Below, one piece after another: positions 11,825 to 23,774 of a DNA stretch of 64,000 bases (position 1 is its first letter; every line of letters begins with the position of its first letter). The position numbers and the translations under genes were made by a program. Below the pieces are notes generated by a model. The model was not told the DNA's origin. It worked only from the letters and a program-made list of their open reading frames with translations, and made no database searches. Source of the DNA: Macrostomum hystrix (lineage: Eukaryota > Animalia > Platyhelminthes); the NCBI GenBank assembly GCA_950097015.1, contig CATNEN010000001.1, forward strand, positions 6,758,001 to 6,822,000. Direction: 5' to 3'.

Positions 11825-12451
11825 ACATATCCCGTGGCAGCGGTGGAGCCATTTCATCAGTCCCAGTCATCCAGCACCAGGCGGTGCGCACATCGCCAGC
11901 CTCCACCCTGGATCCGCGCACCTTCCTCAGCCAGGACGGCCTCAATGGCCAGCGGGCGCGCCTCGCAGCACTTCCGACCGGCCCATCCGACCAGTCCAAG
12001 CGGCTGTCCTACGCCGAGCCGCAGCGACCCGCGTCCCAGAAACGGCTGTCCTACGCTGAGCAGAGAGCTCAAACCGGCAGCAATGTTGAGCTGGTCAGCG
12101 GACAAATTTTCGCGTCCTCGTCGACTCACCTGTCGGCCGGCTACGGACAGGGCCGCTCCCTGCCGAGGGTCCTGCCAACTCAGCCGGAGGAAGACGTCGG
12201 CGTCAGGAAGAAGCCGCCTGCGCCGAAGCCGCCTTCAACGCAGCCACTTGAAGAGGGTCCCAGCTTTCCTAAGACTGCTACGAGATCGATGTCTTTTGCG
12301 AAGCAGCAGCAGCAGCAGCAGCAGCAGCAGACGGCCTTGGATGAACAAGACCAGGCCGTGGTACCGCGGCATCATCAGAGCCTGCACCGAATTCATCTGG
12401 GCGGTGGAGAGGATGGCCGCAGTGTGACTAGCACAGTGCTCAAACAGGAGG
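11825..12451 (+). CDS. Membrane-protein large cytoplasmic exon (disordered, two KRLSYAE motifs, poly-Q)
   Basis: TTGTCAG acceptor, ORF 11818-12459 frame, G|GTGAGT donor at 12452, phase 1/1. Contains a (CAG)9 tract. Confidence 0.8.
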
Positions 12452-12756
12452 GTGAGTAGCTGCTCACATCGATCATGTTTCCTTCAAAACATTTATCATA
12501 AACTACGAATAATTTCAGTATATCAGTTTCTCTGAGTTGGAAGTTTTCATTTCAGTGAAGAATCTTTCGGATAGACTGGCAGAAAATGTATCGATGCACG
12601 AAAAGTTAAAAATTAATAGTTATTTTTTAGTTTTTAGGTTGCTATCTACGTTATTTAAATGAAAAATTAACGAAAAAAATATCCTGCTTAAAAAATGAAC
12701 CATTGTCTCTTCACTTAATTTAATAATAATATATGAAAAATAATAATTGCAAGACA

Positions 12757-13050
12757 GCTCCGAGCAATGGCACTTCTGCGAATTGCGCTGACTCCTGAGC
12801 ACACACGCACACAGATACCGTTCGCAGGAACATGCTCACACAGGTGTGTACGTCTGCCCTGACTTTCCCATCGTCGGGCAGTGTACACTTCACTGTGCCT
12901 TGGAGGTTGGCCTTTAAGGGCGCCAATTGCACGACAAGCCCCCAAGCCTTTTCTCTGCGGCTGCGCCTTAAATAAATGTGGCCTCGCCGCGGAATCGAGC
13001 TCAGGGACCTCGAGAGGCAAACGTGTTAACCGCTCTGCCACTCACCCCCA
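12757..13050 (-). mobile_element. tRNA-derived SINE
   Basis: The minus strand has A-box-like TGGCAGAGCGG and B-box-like GAGCTCGATTCC. The ~200-bp body matches 63797-64000 in inverted orientation. Confidence 0.75.
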
Positions 13051-13356
13051 CTCTAATGAGTTTATATTCGATAAAAATACAATGCACTGATTCAATAGCA
13101 GACCTAATTTCTTGGTCTAATTGTGATTTTTTTGTTAACTGGAGCCGTTTCAAGAAAAAAATTTAACTTTTTTAAAAGATGAACCATTTTGAAGCGTACA
13201 TATTTTTGTATAATAAAATGCACCATTTAGAAAAATGATTTTTTAATATTCATTTTTTAAACGAAATATTTACTTATATAGTAATTATCTTTTAAACTAA
13301 TTCAAACAAAAAAACTAAATATACTTTAATCTCTAACTCTTCGCACAAAATTGCAG

Positions 13357-13394
13357 CTATACAAGCGTTTGAATTTCTGGAGAACTACGACTGA
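13357..13394 (+). CDS. Probable terminal exon of the membrane protein (AIQAFEFLENYD*)
   Basis: CTCTAAC branch-like site and TTGCAG acceptor. Phase 1 fits the donor at 12452. TGA at 13392-13394. Confidence 0.6.
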
Positions 13395-14546
13395 GAACTA
13401 CTCAAACACCTTACTACGCATACTTAAAGACGTTTTTACACTACTCATTCATTTTGACTTCCATTTTTAACTGAATATTAACAAATTATACATGATTATT
13501 GTGTTGAAAATCGCTGGTCAAATTCTATTTGCTCATTTTGCTCATTAAAATCGAATCTATTCTACGATTTGTTATTTAAATTTTCTAATTGAACCTAGAA
13601 CCATCACAGTAACGTACAGACCTACTATTGTTGGAGTTTAGTATTAATTCTTGTTTAGAAACGTATTATTTTTTATTTAAACGTATGTATAAAAAGACGC
13701 GATCGGTAAGTCCCGCCTACTAATTAATTATTAAGCTAATTAAGCTTAATAAGAAATTTTAAGGAGTTTTTTATCATTTCTTTTTGCATTCCTAATTCAA
13801 TTCGGATTCGCGTGTATTTAATACCGAATAAATACAGAGCACAGTTTTACTACTATACTACTACTTAGAATGGGTTAGTAGCACAATATAAATCTAGTAC
13901 ACTGTTTCAAGAATTTCTATTTAAAAAAAGTTTCTATCCATTAAACTCGCGACTCGACGACCAAACATTGTGCAGTAAACAGATGGTTAGATTAACTTTA
14001 AGCTGTGTTGTTAAACTATAACTTTAAGCAAGTACGGTTGTAAGGTAGAAGTATTTTGAAAATGAGTTAAATTCACCCTTTAATAAGCATGACGGAAATT
14101 TAAATGTTTCCATTTTAGCTACTCAGTACCAATAGGTGATTTGTAGAATGCGAGTTATAGTTACAAAAAAAGAAAAAATCCTCAGCAAATCGTGTAGTTC
14201 CTGGCCACTTTTGGAGGGGGTAGGTGTCATAGGGGTCTCTCCCATTGGCTGGCGCCACCCTAGCCTTCTACCCCTTCTCTCTTAGCCTTCGACCCCCTGA
14301 GGCACACTCAATCGACATATTTAGACGCGTAATGGCGTTTCAAAGCTTAATAGTGAAATTTCATCCAATGAGAAAACTAACTCAAAACTGCATTTCACTC
14401 ATGAAGGTAAAAAATTGCAAAGCAATAAGTCTGTTTTGCGATACCATTAGCTTATTCAAATAAATGCAAGTTGAAAATATGACACCTGCATTGTGAATGC
14501 AATTCTTGATATTCTTGAATGCAATTCTACAGACCTGTCAGGACAG

Positions 14547-14805
14547 ATGTTTGCCAGGTGTGATTGACTGGCAAATAAAAGCAGAATGTAAAGGCAACAT
14601 CGTTTTTGCCGCACGACGTTAATGTGAATCGACGGTAATGCTTTCTAACCAGATTTTCACTATAAATGCCCGAAAAAGTCTGCAGTTTCTGTCACCGTGC
14701 CGAAAAAAATTTACTAACTGAAATTTATCGCTTTGCACAGCTTTGTAACACACGGCAGTGAAGCTATTTCGATTATAGTCTGCTTGATTTTAGCAGTGTT
14801 GCAAG
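14547..14805 (+). CDS. Exons 1-2 (14547-14557, 14741-14805): signal peptide of the PAN-GRD protein
   Basis: ATGTTTGCCAG|GTGTGA, TACTAAC branch point, GCACAG acceptor, G|GTAGGC donor. Spliced product MFASFVTHGSEAISIIVCLILAVLQV... Confidence 0.55.
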
Positions 14806-14939
14806 GTAGGCTCAATATAAATTAGTCAATGAGCACTGGCAGATCACTTGGTGGCAGTTGATACGTAGCCTGCCGCTCTGCCACTCACAGTCAGGAGTAA
14901 GATAGTTTTGAATGTTCTCAAAATACTCACCTGCTTCAG

Positions 14940-15287
14940 TGCCGCAGTCAGTGGCCTCGCTGTCCATCGATCGCCGCTTCGAGTGGTCGCCGGCGCCTCT
15001 GCTTCTGCACTCGTCGGTGTGCAGCGAGGTCGCCTCCGTGTCAGGGAGCTCATCCTTGCAGGAATGCTCCCTGCTCTGCCTGCTCCGTGACTGCGCAGCG
15101 TTCAGTTGGAATTTGATGAGCGGCCTGTGCCAAGCCGTCAGGATGCTGGACGCATCGAATGTCCCGGGGCCCACGGAGTGTCACGTGAGGAGACTGGTGG
15201 GTGCCGAGGCCGGTGCGGCAGTCTGGCTGGCGGAGAGATTCAGCGAGCTGCTCAAAGCCAGGCAGTTCGGCTACCTTCGCTACGTCA
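14940..15287 (+). CDS. PAN/Apple-domain exon of a predicted secreted glycine-rich protein
   Basis: CTTCAG acceptor. SSLQECSLLCLLRDCAAFSWNLMSGLCQ matches PAN cysteine spacing. A|GTGAGT donor at 15288. Confidence 0.75.
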
Positions 15288-15434
15288 GTGAGTCGTGTAA
15301 CTCTGCTCACTTTCCTGAGCTCTCCCAACCTTCCGTCTGCCCATCTCACTCAAAGATACGTCCGTGAGTCTTGTGACTCTGCTCACTTTCCTGAGCTCTT
15401 CCTACCTGTCCCTGCCTGCCCATCACACTCAAAG

Positions 15435-16330
15435 ATACGTCGACCGGAAAGCTGGGTGTCACTCAGTCGGTGCTGATCAACATGACCGGCTGCTACCGCA
15501 TCGAGGTCTCCGGTGCCAAGGGCGGCGACAACATTTTTAACAATAATTTCGGAGGCAGAGGAGCTCTGGTTGCTGGCAGGTTCAACCTGACAGCCGGTCT
15601 CCAGCTGACCATTGTGGTCGGTCAGGCAGGCTCCGCTAGCAGCAGCGACAAGGCCGGAGCTGGCGGCGGCGGAGGCAGCTTCGTGTACGGAGCAGCTGGC
15701 AGCGGGCTGCTGATGGCGGCTGGCGGTGGCGGAGGAGCTTCATGGTGTGACAATGGTACAGTGCGCATGTTGCTACTCATCATTTTTGACTTGGAATTTT
15801 GCAAAAAATTTTCCCGACCAAAAACAGGCGTTCCAGGGCTTCGCAGTCTGAATGGCAGCGACAGTAGAACCTGTGGTTTTTTAGCAAATTTCGGTTTCGG
15901 CGGCTCCAACGGACAACCCGGCTTCAACAATCCCAATGACACACCCGCCACTATGAACCATGGCGGCTGTGGAGCCGGCTGGCTCGGCAAGGCCGTCAAC
16001 CCGAGGCGAAGCAGCACCGATGGGGAGCGAGGCGGCAGTCTGGCCGACGGTTGGTTCGGTGGCAGCGCCGGTGACGGCAACACCGGAGACGGCGGCTTCG
16101 GCGGTGGCGGAGGAGGCGGTAATAAAACTGTTGACAGGGCAGGAGCCGCCGGCGCTGGTGGAGGCTTCAGCGGCGGCGGGGCTGGCCTGCTTGGCAGCCA
16201 CGCCGGCGGTGGAGGCGGCTCCTTCTGTGGCGGCTTCGGCTGCGAGGCCACAGATGGCGGCAACTCGAAGAGCGATCAGGGCAGCGTTGTGCTGCAGTTG
16301 CTCGACCTGTATCCTCTCAGCTGCGAGTGA
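15435..16330 (+). CDS. ALK/LTK-like glycine-rich domain (exons 15435-15755 and 15828-16330); full spliced protein ~415 aa
   Basis: TGCYRIEVSGAKGG...GGRGALVAGRFNLTAG..LTIVVGQAG...GAGGGGGSFV...LLMAAGGGGGA...GGFGGGGGG...GAGGGFSGGG...GGGGGS is the hallmark pattern. AT-rich in-frame 72-nt GT..AG intron at 15756-15827. Ends at TGA with no TM or kinase domain. Confidence 0.85.
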
Positions 16331-17334
16331 TCGAGTTGCCAAGAAATAGAGCCTTGTTTTTCACAATGACCGCTGAGCAATGAAGCATCGATGATATCTT
16401 ACTTGTGGAGGTTGTCGAACGCACGATCAACGTACTTGAGCAGTCAGAACCAGCGTCTTGTTAATTGAAGTTAAGATTTTTATCTCACGCTACAATTTTT
16501 TAAGAGGTTATAAAATTGAAAAATAAATTTAACACTCGATCAAAGCCTTTGTTTAGAACGCATTCCAAAATTCAATGATGGCGACAATCAGGTCAACTGG
16601 CGCGTGCGCGCCCTTTCAATGTTTCAACGAAGAGCCGAAATAGCATTAGCATTATCAGCGTACCACTGAGACACATGATTCTGAGTTTTTCTGAGCTCTG
16701 GATGGTTAAAGCAGAAGTTAGGAACATTAAATCGTGTCATACGCATAGAATCAAGCCCGTACAGTTGCTCTTAGTTGACATTGGTAACCACTGAAAAACG
16801 CAATATCCAATTGCTCTGTAATTTTCGTCTTGAAAAAAAACTCAAGAAACGAAATGCATGAAACTATTTACATAGGCTGGGACCAGCTTTTCTTTATTAT
16901 ATTCTGTTCTGCCTTTTGGGATGCAAGGTAAAGCTGTATGCGTCCTGTCTTAATTCAACATAAAAGGTAGGTGCTTGTTACTAAAAAAATTTACTATTTC
17001 TGCTGAATTTTTTCGAGGCAATTCTATTTGCAGCTGTGATGTGCCATTTACATAAAATATAAATAATAGCAGGTCTCCTAGTCATCAGTTTAAGTTGATA
17101 ATTGATTACCTGAATGACAAAAGAATTATCCCGCCAATCGTGACGCTTTTGTAACGAGTTATCGTGTTGTCATACACCATGTCTTGCATTGACGACACAT
17201 AGGGACACACTGCCAAGCCAAAGCATTCGAAAAGTTCAATTGAAATTGAATAATTTACAAATTAAATGCAGAACTTGCTAGACTTACAGTCATACTTTGA
17301 AGAATGAAAACTAGGAATTAATGTTTAATATTCG

Positions 17335-18381
17335 CAAGGACAACTTAGTAACTCAGGACCGGAAACGAGCCAATTCATGGCGAAACAATTATGAGGCTCG
17401 TTTAAAGGCATTGTTCTATGGCCCATCTATATGCGGTTATGCGCATGCTTTCAGTTGCCAATCTATTATACTCGTATCATATTTGACTTTTTAATAGGCA
17501 GTCAGATGCCGCGGGTGCAGGGTCGGTTTTCTTAAATGTTGAATAGTTTTATTACATAAAGTAGACGTCGTAAAAATACACAATGGGAACGCTGTGCAGC
17601 AGCACATGAATAAGGAAACTCGAGAAAAATTTACGATTCTTTCTTCATCTGAACTGCAAACAGAGAGGAAAATAACAGTCACGGAACGGGACAAGAGCTG
17701 TCTATGATAAATAGTAAAGTGTTTGCTCCAGGTTCGCTCACTGTCCTCTCAGCTTCAGTAGTTTTCTATCGTGCACTTTATCAGGCGAAGGAGCGCTCTT
17801 TGTTCCTCGTTGAACATAACCCTTGAAGAAACAGTTGGTGAGGCGCACGCAGCATCCCAGAACATCTGCTTCAGGGAAGTAAAACTCGCCTTTCATTTCT
17901 TCCGTTTTTTTTCATTGGTGCATCTTGAGGCCAGTGCTTAGCACACACGCCCATGTAGTCTGTCACGGTCTAAACAACAACAAAATTGTTAATGAATTCA
18001 TGTGGCCAGGCTAAATCTGATTCGCAAAGCACATTTGAAGAAAGTCTTACCATCAGTTGATTAGGCAGAGACAGTCGCCAAGCCTCTCGTTCAGTTGCAT
18101 GTTTAGGAAACGAAAATACTGTAACATTCCGATCACGGTTACTACTGTAGTTTGCTCAACAAAAAATGACGCTGCATTTTCTCGGCATGAAATTTAGTTT
18201 CAGCAAGAATAAAAGTTCTCTCTCTCAATTGCAAGTGCATGCGAAGAACTCAATTTTCAGCTCAGATTTCTTCGCTTTCGTAGCTTTGGATGGGCCATAG
18301 AACAATGCTTTTAAACGAGCCTCATAATTTTTTCGCCATGAATTTGCTCGTTTCCGGTCCTGAGTTATTCAGTTGTCCTTG
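17335..18381 (-). mobile_element. Internally deleted P-superfamily (THAP) DNA transposon
   Basis: ~90-bp TIRs starting CAAGGACAAC. Minus strand reads MPRKCSVIFC*ANY...VFSFPKH..EREAWRLSLPN (18188-18051), then an 81-nt intron, then TVTDYMGVCAKHWP followed directly by a C-terminal remnant ending RKLLKLRGQ* (17738). Degenerate TSD (AATATTC shared). Confidence 0.8.
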
Positions 18382-19527
18382 AAATATTCATTAGCTCAAT
18401 TTAGTAGCACGGTATTTTTGAACTGGTGCAAGAAATAATTTTCACAAGTGCATATTAGCAAAGATATTGTAATTTCTTTACTAATTAGACTCTTGTTTTG
18501 AAATTGATAGTACGAGTGTTTCATTTTATAGACAAAAGCTGTTTTTTATCTTGCTGCAATTGATTTACTTTAAATCTATGTTTTTAGATACATTTACAAA
18601 TTCGTCGCGTGCTTAGATTGGCTAAAATTATCAGTACATTCACGTGACATAATAATCCCCATTATATTTCAAGAGATGATGTTTCCTATTTTATATAATT
18701 GTTTGCGAAAATTCTTGGCGTTGAAGCGGGCATGATGAGTGTTTTACTTCATTTTGTAGTTATAAAATATACATATTTTTTTAGCTAGCTCACGCAAGTC
18801 GCCATGACAATGATAACTGATCCTATGTAATGTCAATATAATTATTTCACAGAATAATCATAGTAGTGGGCAAGAGCAAGGGCTACTGTTTGCAGTCTTA
18901 AAAAACTAAAAAAAGAAAACATTAATATCTATTGCTTACATAGGCTGATTTAGCTTTTTGCAGGTCCAACTGTCAAAGCCAAGCATTAACTAGCCTAGCA
19001 TAGCTATAGGCCTAGCAGACCTTGTCCCTTACTGAGTTTTGTTGATTAGCCTTTTTAGTGCAACTTTATCATTGTAATTGGTAAATTAATTTTACACTTG
19101 CAAAAATGTAGTCCTTTTGTTATTTAATAATAATGAATAGGGCCTAATTAACTAAAATAACATTATTTTAGTAACAGTAATTAGGGCCTTGGTGAAATGA
19201 GAATAATAGCTATTTAAGGTAGATTATGCTTTTCTGCTTTTTTAGTTTATGTCTATAAAATATTTTTTATGAAAGTTTTTAATGAAAAATTATAGGTAAA
19301 TGTGTCTACTCTACACAATCACTTTAAAAGTAATAGTTGTTGATTTTTATGGGGTTTTATATTTGATAGTTAAGTTGGCTGTTTGTTTTTAACTCTCTGA
19401 TATTGACTTTATTGGCATAACTTGGCAAATAAAAAAGTTACTCATATTTAATAAAATGATTGGTTAAAGTCTGCAATTTGAGTCTAGACTCTAGATGAGT
19501 GAACAAACTGCCTTATGAGGGCAAAAT

Positions 19528-22026
19528 CAAGGACTAGGCCCTACTAAACAACACAGGATGTTGCAATTGCGTTTTGTGCAAATTTTTCAGATGGCTGGCT
19601 AAATGATGCTAAAAGTCTATGGTAAATGCTTTATTATATAATTTATGCACATAGCTCAAAAGGAACACATAGTTTAGCCTATTATTTAGTTGTCATAGTT
19701 TGCTTTTCTATCTCAGTTCGTTATCAGTTTTTAGTCCTGCAGAAGACAGATGCTAGCGTGATTTATCTGACTTTGGTTTTTGCATCATGTCAAGAAAGTG
19801 CTGTGTGAAAGGCTGCAAGAGCAACTATAATAGTGGAGAAAGATGTACTGTCTATAGTTTCCCGCAGGACAGATGAGAAATGAGCATTTGGATGATGGCT
19901 TCCAACATACTCATTGGTAAGCATCAAAATGTTGTTGCAGGTGGAGATTAACGATCCCACTGCTGCCACCAAAGTTGTTGTAGGGCTATTTTATAATATT
20001 TAAGATTCCACTGAATGTCACCAAAGTTGTTGCAGGTGGAAATTAATGATCCAACTGCTGTTACCAAAGTTGTACTTATAATTATTTAATATGCCACCAA
20101 AGTTGTTATAGGCTTCTTTTCTTACACACTTTATTCAAGTACTCTCTTTATGTTAATCTTATAAATGTTTTTACTTTATTCGCTTTATGCACTTTCTTAT
20201 TTCAATTCAAATTGGTAGCGTTTATGTATTCAAATATGGTAGCGTTATACTTTCAGTATGGCTGGTATCTCTTCCTCTATATTCCCTTCTACTTATAACT
20301 TTACTGTATTATTTCTATAAGTACTTTGTATCAATCTTTATCCGTCTTTATCAGCCTTTATCCGTCTTTATCAGTCTTTAACCGTCTTTATCAGTCTTTA
20401 TCTGTCTTTATCAGTCTTTATCACTCTTCAATTATTATTCAGTTAACCTTCAATTTAATCTTCAGTCCGTCTTCTGAGCTTTACCAGTGGATCTAGATTT
20501 ACAGCTTTTTCTTCACTCTATTTACTTCTTTTTCGCAATTCTCTTTCTCAAATAACTTTAACACAAACACTTCAAGATTCAAGCTTTTCTTTACTTTGAA
20601 CTCTTTTCCCAATCAAGGTGGTACGAGTTAGTTTTTCGCTTTTGTCTGCTCATGTGTTTATAGTAAAACTTCTCCCCCTCCTCAACTCTGTGACTTCATT
20701 AAAACATTTTATTTTTGGTGCCTTTAAACAAATTGGTGCATTTAAACAAATTTGGTGCATTTAAACAAACAAAATACTAATTTCGCGGGAAAATATTTCT
20801 AGGAATAAAACGAGGCCTATCTCAATGTTAACTATTTAAACATAATGTGTAAATGGAATGTTTTATAAGTCAACTTTTTATTTTTTTTAATTGACAGTTG
20901 TGTTAATTGTATACAGAAAGCAACAAAGTACATGGGTGTATCTAAAAAGCACTAAAATGCATGGAAGCTCAAGGTGAAGAATCACACACATCCGATTGAT
21001 CCACCATCTAGTATCATCCATCAGAGTCGATTTCTTCTTTGTACAAGAACGACAAGTTCAGCAGTCCATGTGTGTGCAGAATGATTTTTCAGTTTCTGCA
21101 TACACATGCAACATGCCTATCATCTACTTGGTTTCCAGCACAAATTGGAAATATTTAGCCAACTAGAAGCGATTGTCAATTGAGTCAAATTTGCAGAGCC
21201 TACTTCTTCTATCAAAGCATTGTCTCACATAGGTGCTCTGCAGTCTCTCAGCCAAGACTCAAGATATTCACCAAGAATTCATTGCTAGGCAAGTTGAGCT
21301 ATGTTTTACGTCGTCTGCCAACACAAGATATGAATCTAAAGACATTCTAATGTCTGCAAGTTTGTACTTTTCAAGCCGTCAGAGCTACTGTGTCTGCAGA
21401 AAAACCTTCACCTACCACATCCTGCGACATTGAGAAGACATCTTGGAGGTCTTGGCACAGTGGGGTCAGACAGTGATTGTAAAGACTATTGAGGCTAAAT
21501 TTCAGCACTATACACAAAACCAGCAATACTGTTTAATCATTTTGACGAGGTTTATGTCAAACCATCTCTAAACCTCTGAGTTTGTCATGTCATTGGCTCT
21601 ACAGAGGATGCCCCTGACCAGCAAGCACAAACTGTTCTGCCTATAATGGTGAAGCCATTCATGGGTGCATCTGCATTTGTTGCCCAGTTGGTACCAATCT
21701 TCAGTCTGCAGGCAGAATTTTAGCATAATCAAGTGGTTCACCTCATTGGAATCATTAAGCAATTTGGAACACCTTTAATACCTGTAACACACCATATTGT
21801 AATCTGTACGATGGATACTGCACTGAATTTGTAAATATATATTTGTTTAAATATACATTTTTGACTCCTTAAATAGCCTAAAAATTTGTCTGAAAGTTCC
21901 TTTTGAGCTACGTCAAATATTATATAATATAGCATATGCCATAGACTTTTAGCATCATTTAGCCAGCTTTCTGAAAAAAATGCACAAAACATGATTGCAA
22001 CATCCTGTGTTGTTTAGTAGTCCTTG
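19528..22026 (+). mobile_element. Decayed P-superfamily transposon (THAP + Tnp_P_element remnants)
   Basis: Perfect 8-bp TSD GGCAAAAT (19520-19527 / 22027-22034). ~135-bp TIRs starting CAAGGAC. THAP MSRKCCVKGCKSNY..VYSFPQD from 19787 and KYMGVSKKH..HPIDPPS from ~20917. Transposase motifs LPHPATLRR, YCLIIFDEVYVKPSL and AQTVLPIMVKP with stops and frameshifts. Confidence 0.9.
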
Positions 22027-22806
22027 GGCAAAATTTTGTGATTTTATAGGCCTAGGGCCTATTTATTGTTGTAGTGTATATGTAATTGACAATCATTTAA
22101 ACAAATGAGTTAAACGTAAATCAAGTATAAGTATAGTACATCCCATAAAATGTTATTTAACTAATTAAAATCAAATTCTAATTCTAATCAAATATCAATT
22201 GGGAAATATAGGCAAAATATAAAAAGAAAAAATTATGTGCAGAAGCTATACATTAAAATCTAAGTACTGAAGAATATTACAAGTATTTAAAGTGAACACA
22301 AAATGTTTTAACCAACAATGGCTTATTAGCTTTGATAATTTATTAAATAAGTTTCTCACTTCGTTACCTGCATTACCTGCAAAAATATATTGGAGCTAAA
22401 ATATGTCTGCATCAAATGTCTTTGTGTATATTAGTGTACATATTTCAGCACATCTAAACATAGTTTACTTTGTCTAGCAGCACAGAACTCTATATTAGCA
22501 AATGTTCTGTAGAAACTTGCAGTTCATTTATATACAAGAGTGTGTATATTGGTGTGACATGGTGTCCTAATTAAGTAATTTTTTACACAGGCCAATAAAA
22601 GTCTTCAAATGTATTATTTTGTAAGGCTGGTACACCATATGCACATAGAGACCAATTCATTGTGTATATATTAGTGGCTGCATGTGATTTCTTCCTATAA
22701 CAAAATCGTATATATTTCAGCTTTTGTTCATGCTAGAAGTTGTACAAGCCGCCATAAAATAAAAGCAAACAACAATCATAAAAGTTTATCAGAGCTTTAA
22801 AAAACA

Positions 22807-23704
22807 ATGAGCTCTGGCAAGAGTGGTGCCGGCAGCAACTCAGCCAAGGATGCACTAGCTGCCAGACTTGCACAGTTGGAGCGAGAGCTGTATAAAAAGC
22901 GTCGAATGTTGCAGAAGAGCGAAGGAATGTCAGCCGCTGCTGCTTCAGCATTGCCGATAATTAGTGCCGTAACTTCTACTTCAGCCGAAGCAGCTTCACC
23001 AACAATTAATAGAGTGGCAAAACATGAAAGGGATGCAATAAAGCGAGAACAGAATCCTCAGCCTCTTCATCGAAGTCTTAATCCCGTCAGCGCCATCGAT
23101 GAAGACGATTTCATAATTGTAGCTCACGGTGGCTTTGTTGACAATAGCGCCAGCAACTATAATCTATTCGGCGTTCAAGACCAGGACGATGACAATGATG
23201 TGATCATGCATGACAACAATCATCCGACAATACCTGTCCACTTCAGTGGCGATGCTACAGTTCCCATTGCGCAATATCCGCCATCTTCTTGCGCTTTCAA
23301 TCGCGGCTCCTCTTTCCGCCATCTTGGCAATCCTCTTTCCGACCTCGAAGCGGAATTCTCCTGCTTTGCCTGTTGCGAACTGCGCTCCCACAGCCTATCC
23401 GTTGCTTGTCAGGGCATCGAAAGTAATAACGGTCTTCATAGCCGGGTGATGTGCGCCACAGCTAGCGAAAGATTTGGCAGTATATTAGTGCTAGATATTG
23501 AACCAGACTGTGTTGCCATTCTTAGAGCTGGCCGAAGAGTTCAAAAACTTCAACTCGGTCGCTGCGTTGTCGCCAAGCGTTGTAGAACGGTTGCTGGGCG
23601 AATTTTATTAGCAGTGGCCTATTCGCAGGCGATCGCGCTAATGATAGCCGAGCTTGATGTCAGTGACAATTTGGATGACATTGGGCCGCAGTGGCAGCTC
23701 GCAG
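22807..23704 (+). CDS. Exon 1 of an uncharacterised 581-aa protein (N-terminal coiled coil/low complexity, beta-rich C-half)
   Basis: Long non-repetitive ORF from ATG in an AACAATG context. CAG|GTAGGA donor, phase 1. Confidence 0.7.
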
Positions 23705-23774
23705 GTAGGATTTATTTGTGTACGATTGTAAAATATAGGGATTATGGATGTTGGGATTGTGAGCTATTGTTATT

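Noticed and set aside
15622-16349. Pro-rich and other alternate-frame ORFs over the glycine-rich exon (likewise 11699-12427, 57868-58906 and 53405-53780)
   Set aside because: Shadow ORFs of GC-rich coding sequence. One frame carries all the recognisable motifs.
20104-20900. Possible solo LTR inside the P-element intron
   Set aside because: It has a TG start and a reverse poly(A) signal, but I found no convincing CA end or TSD.
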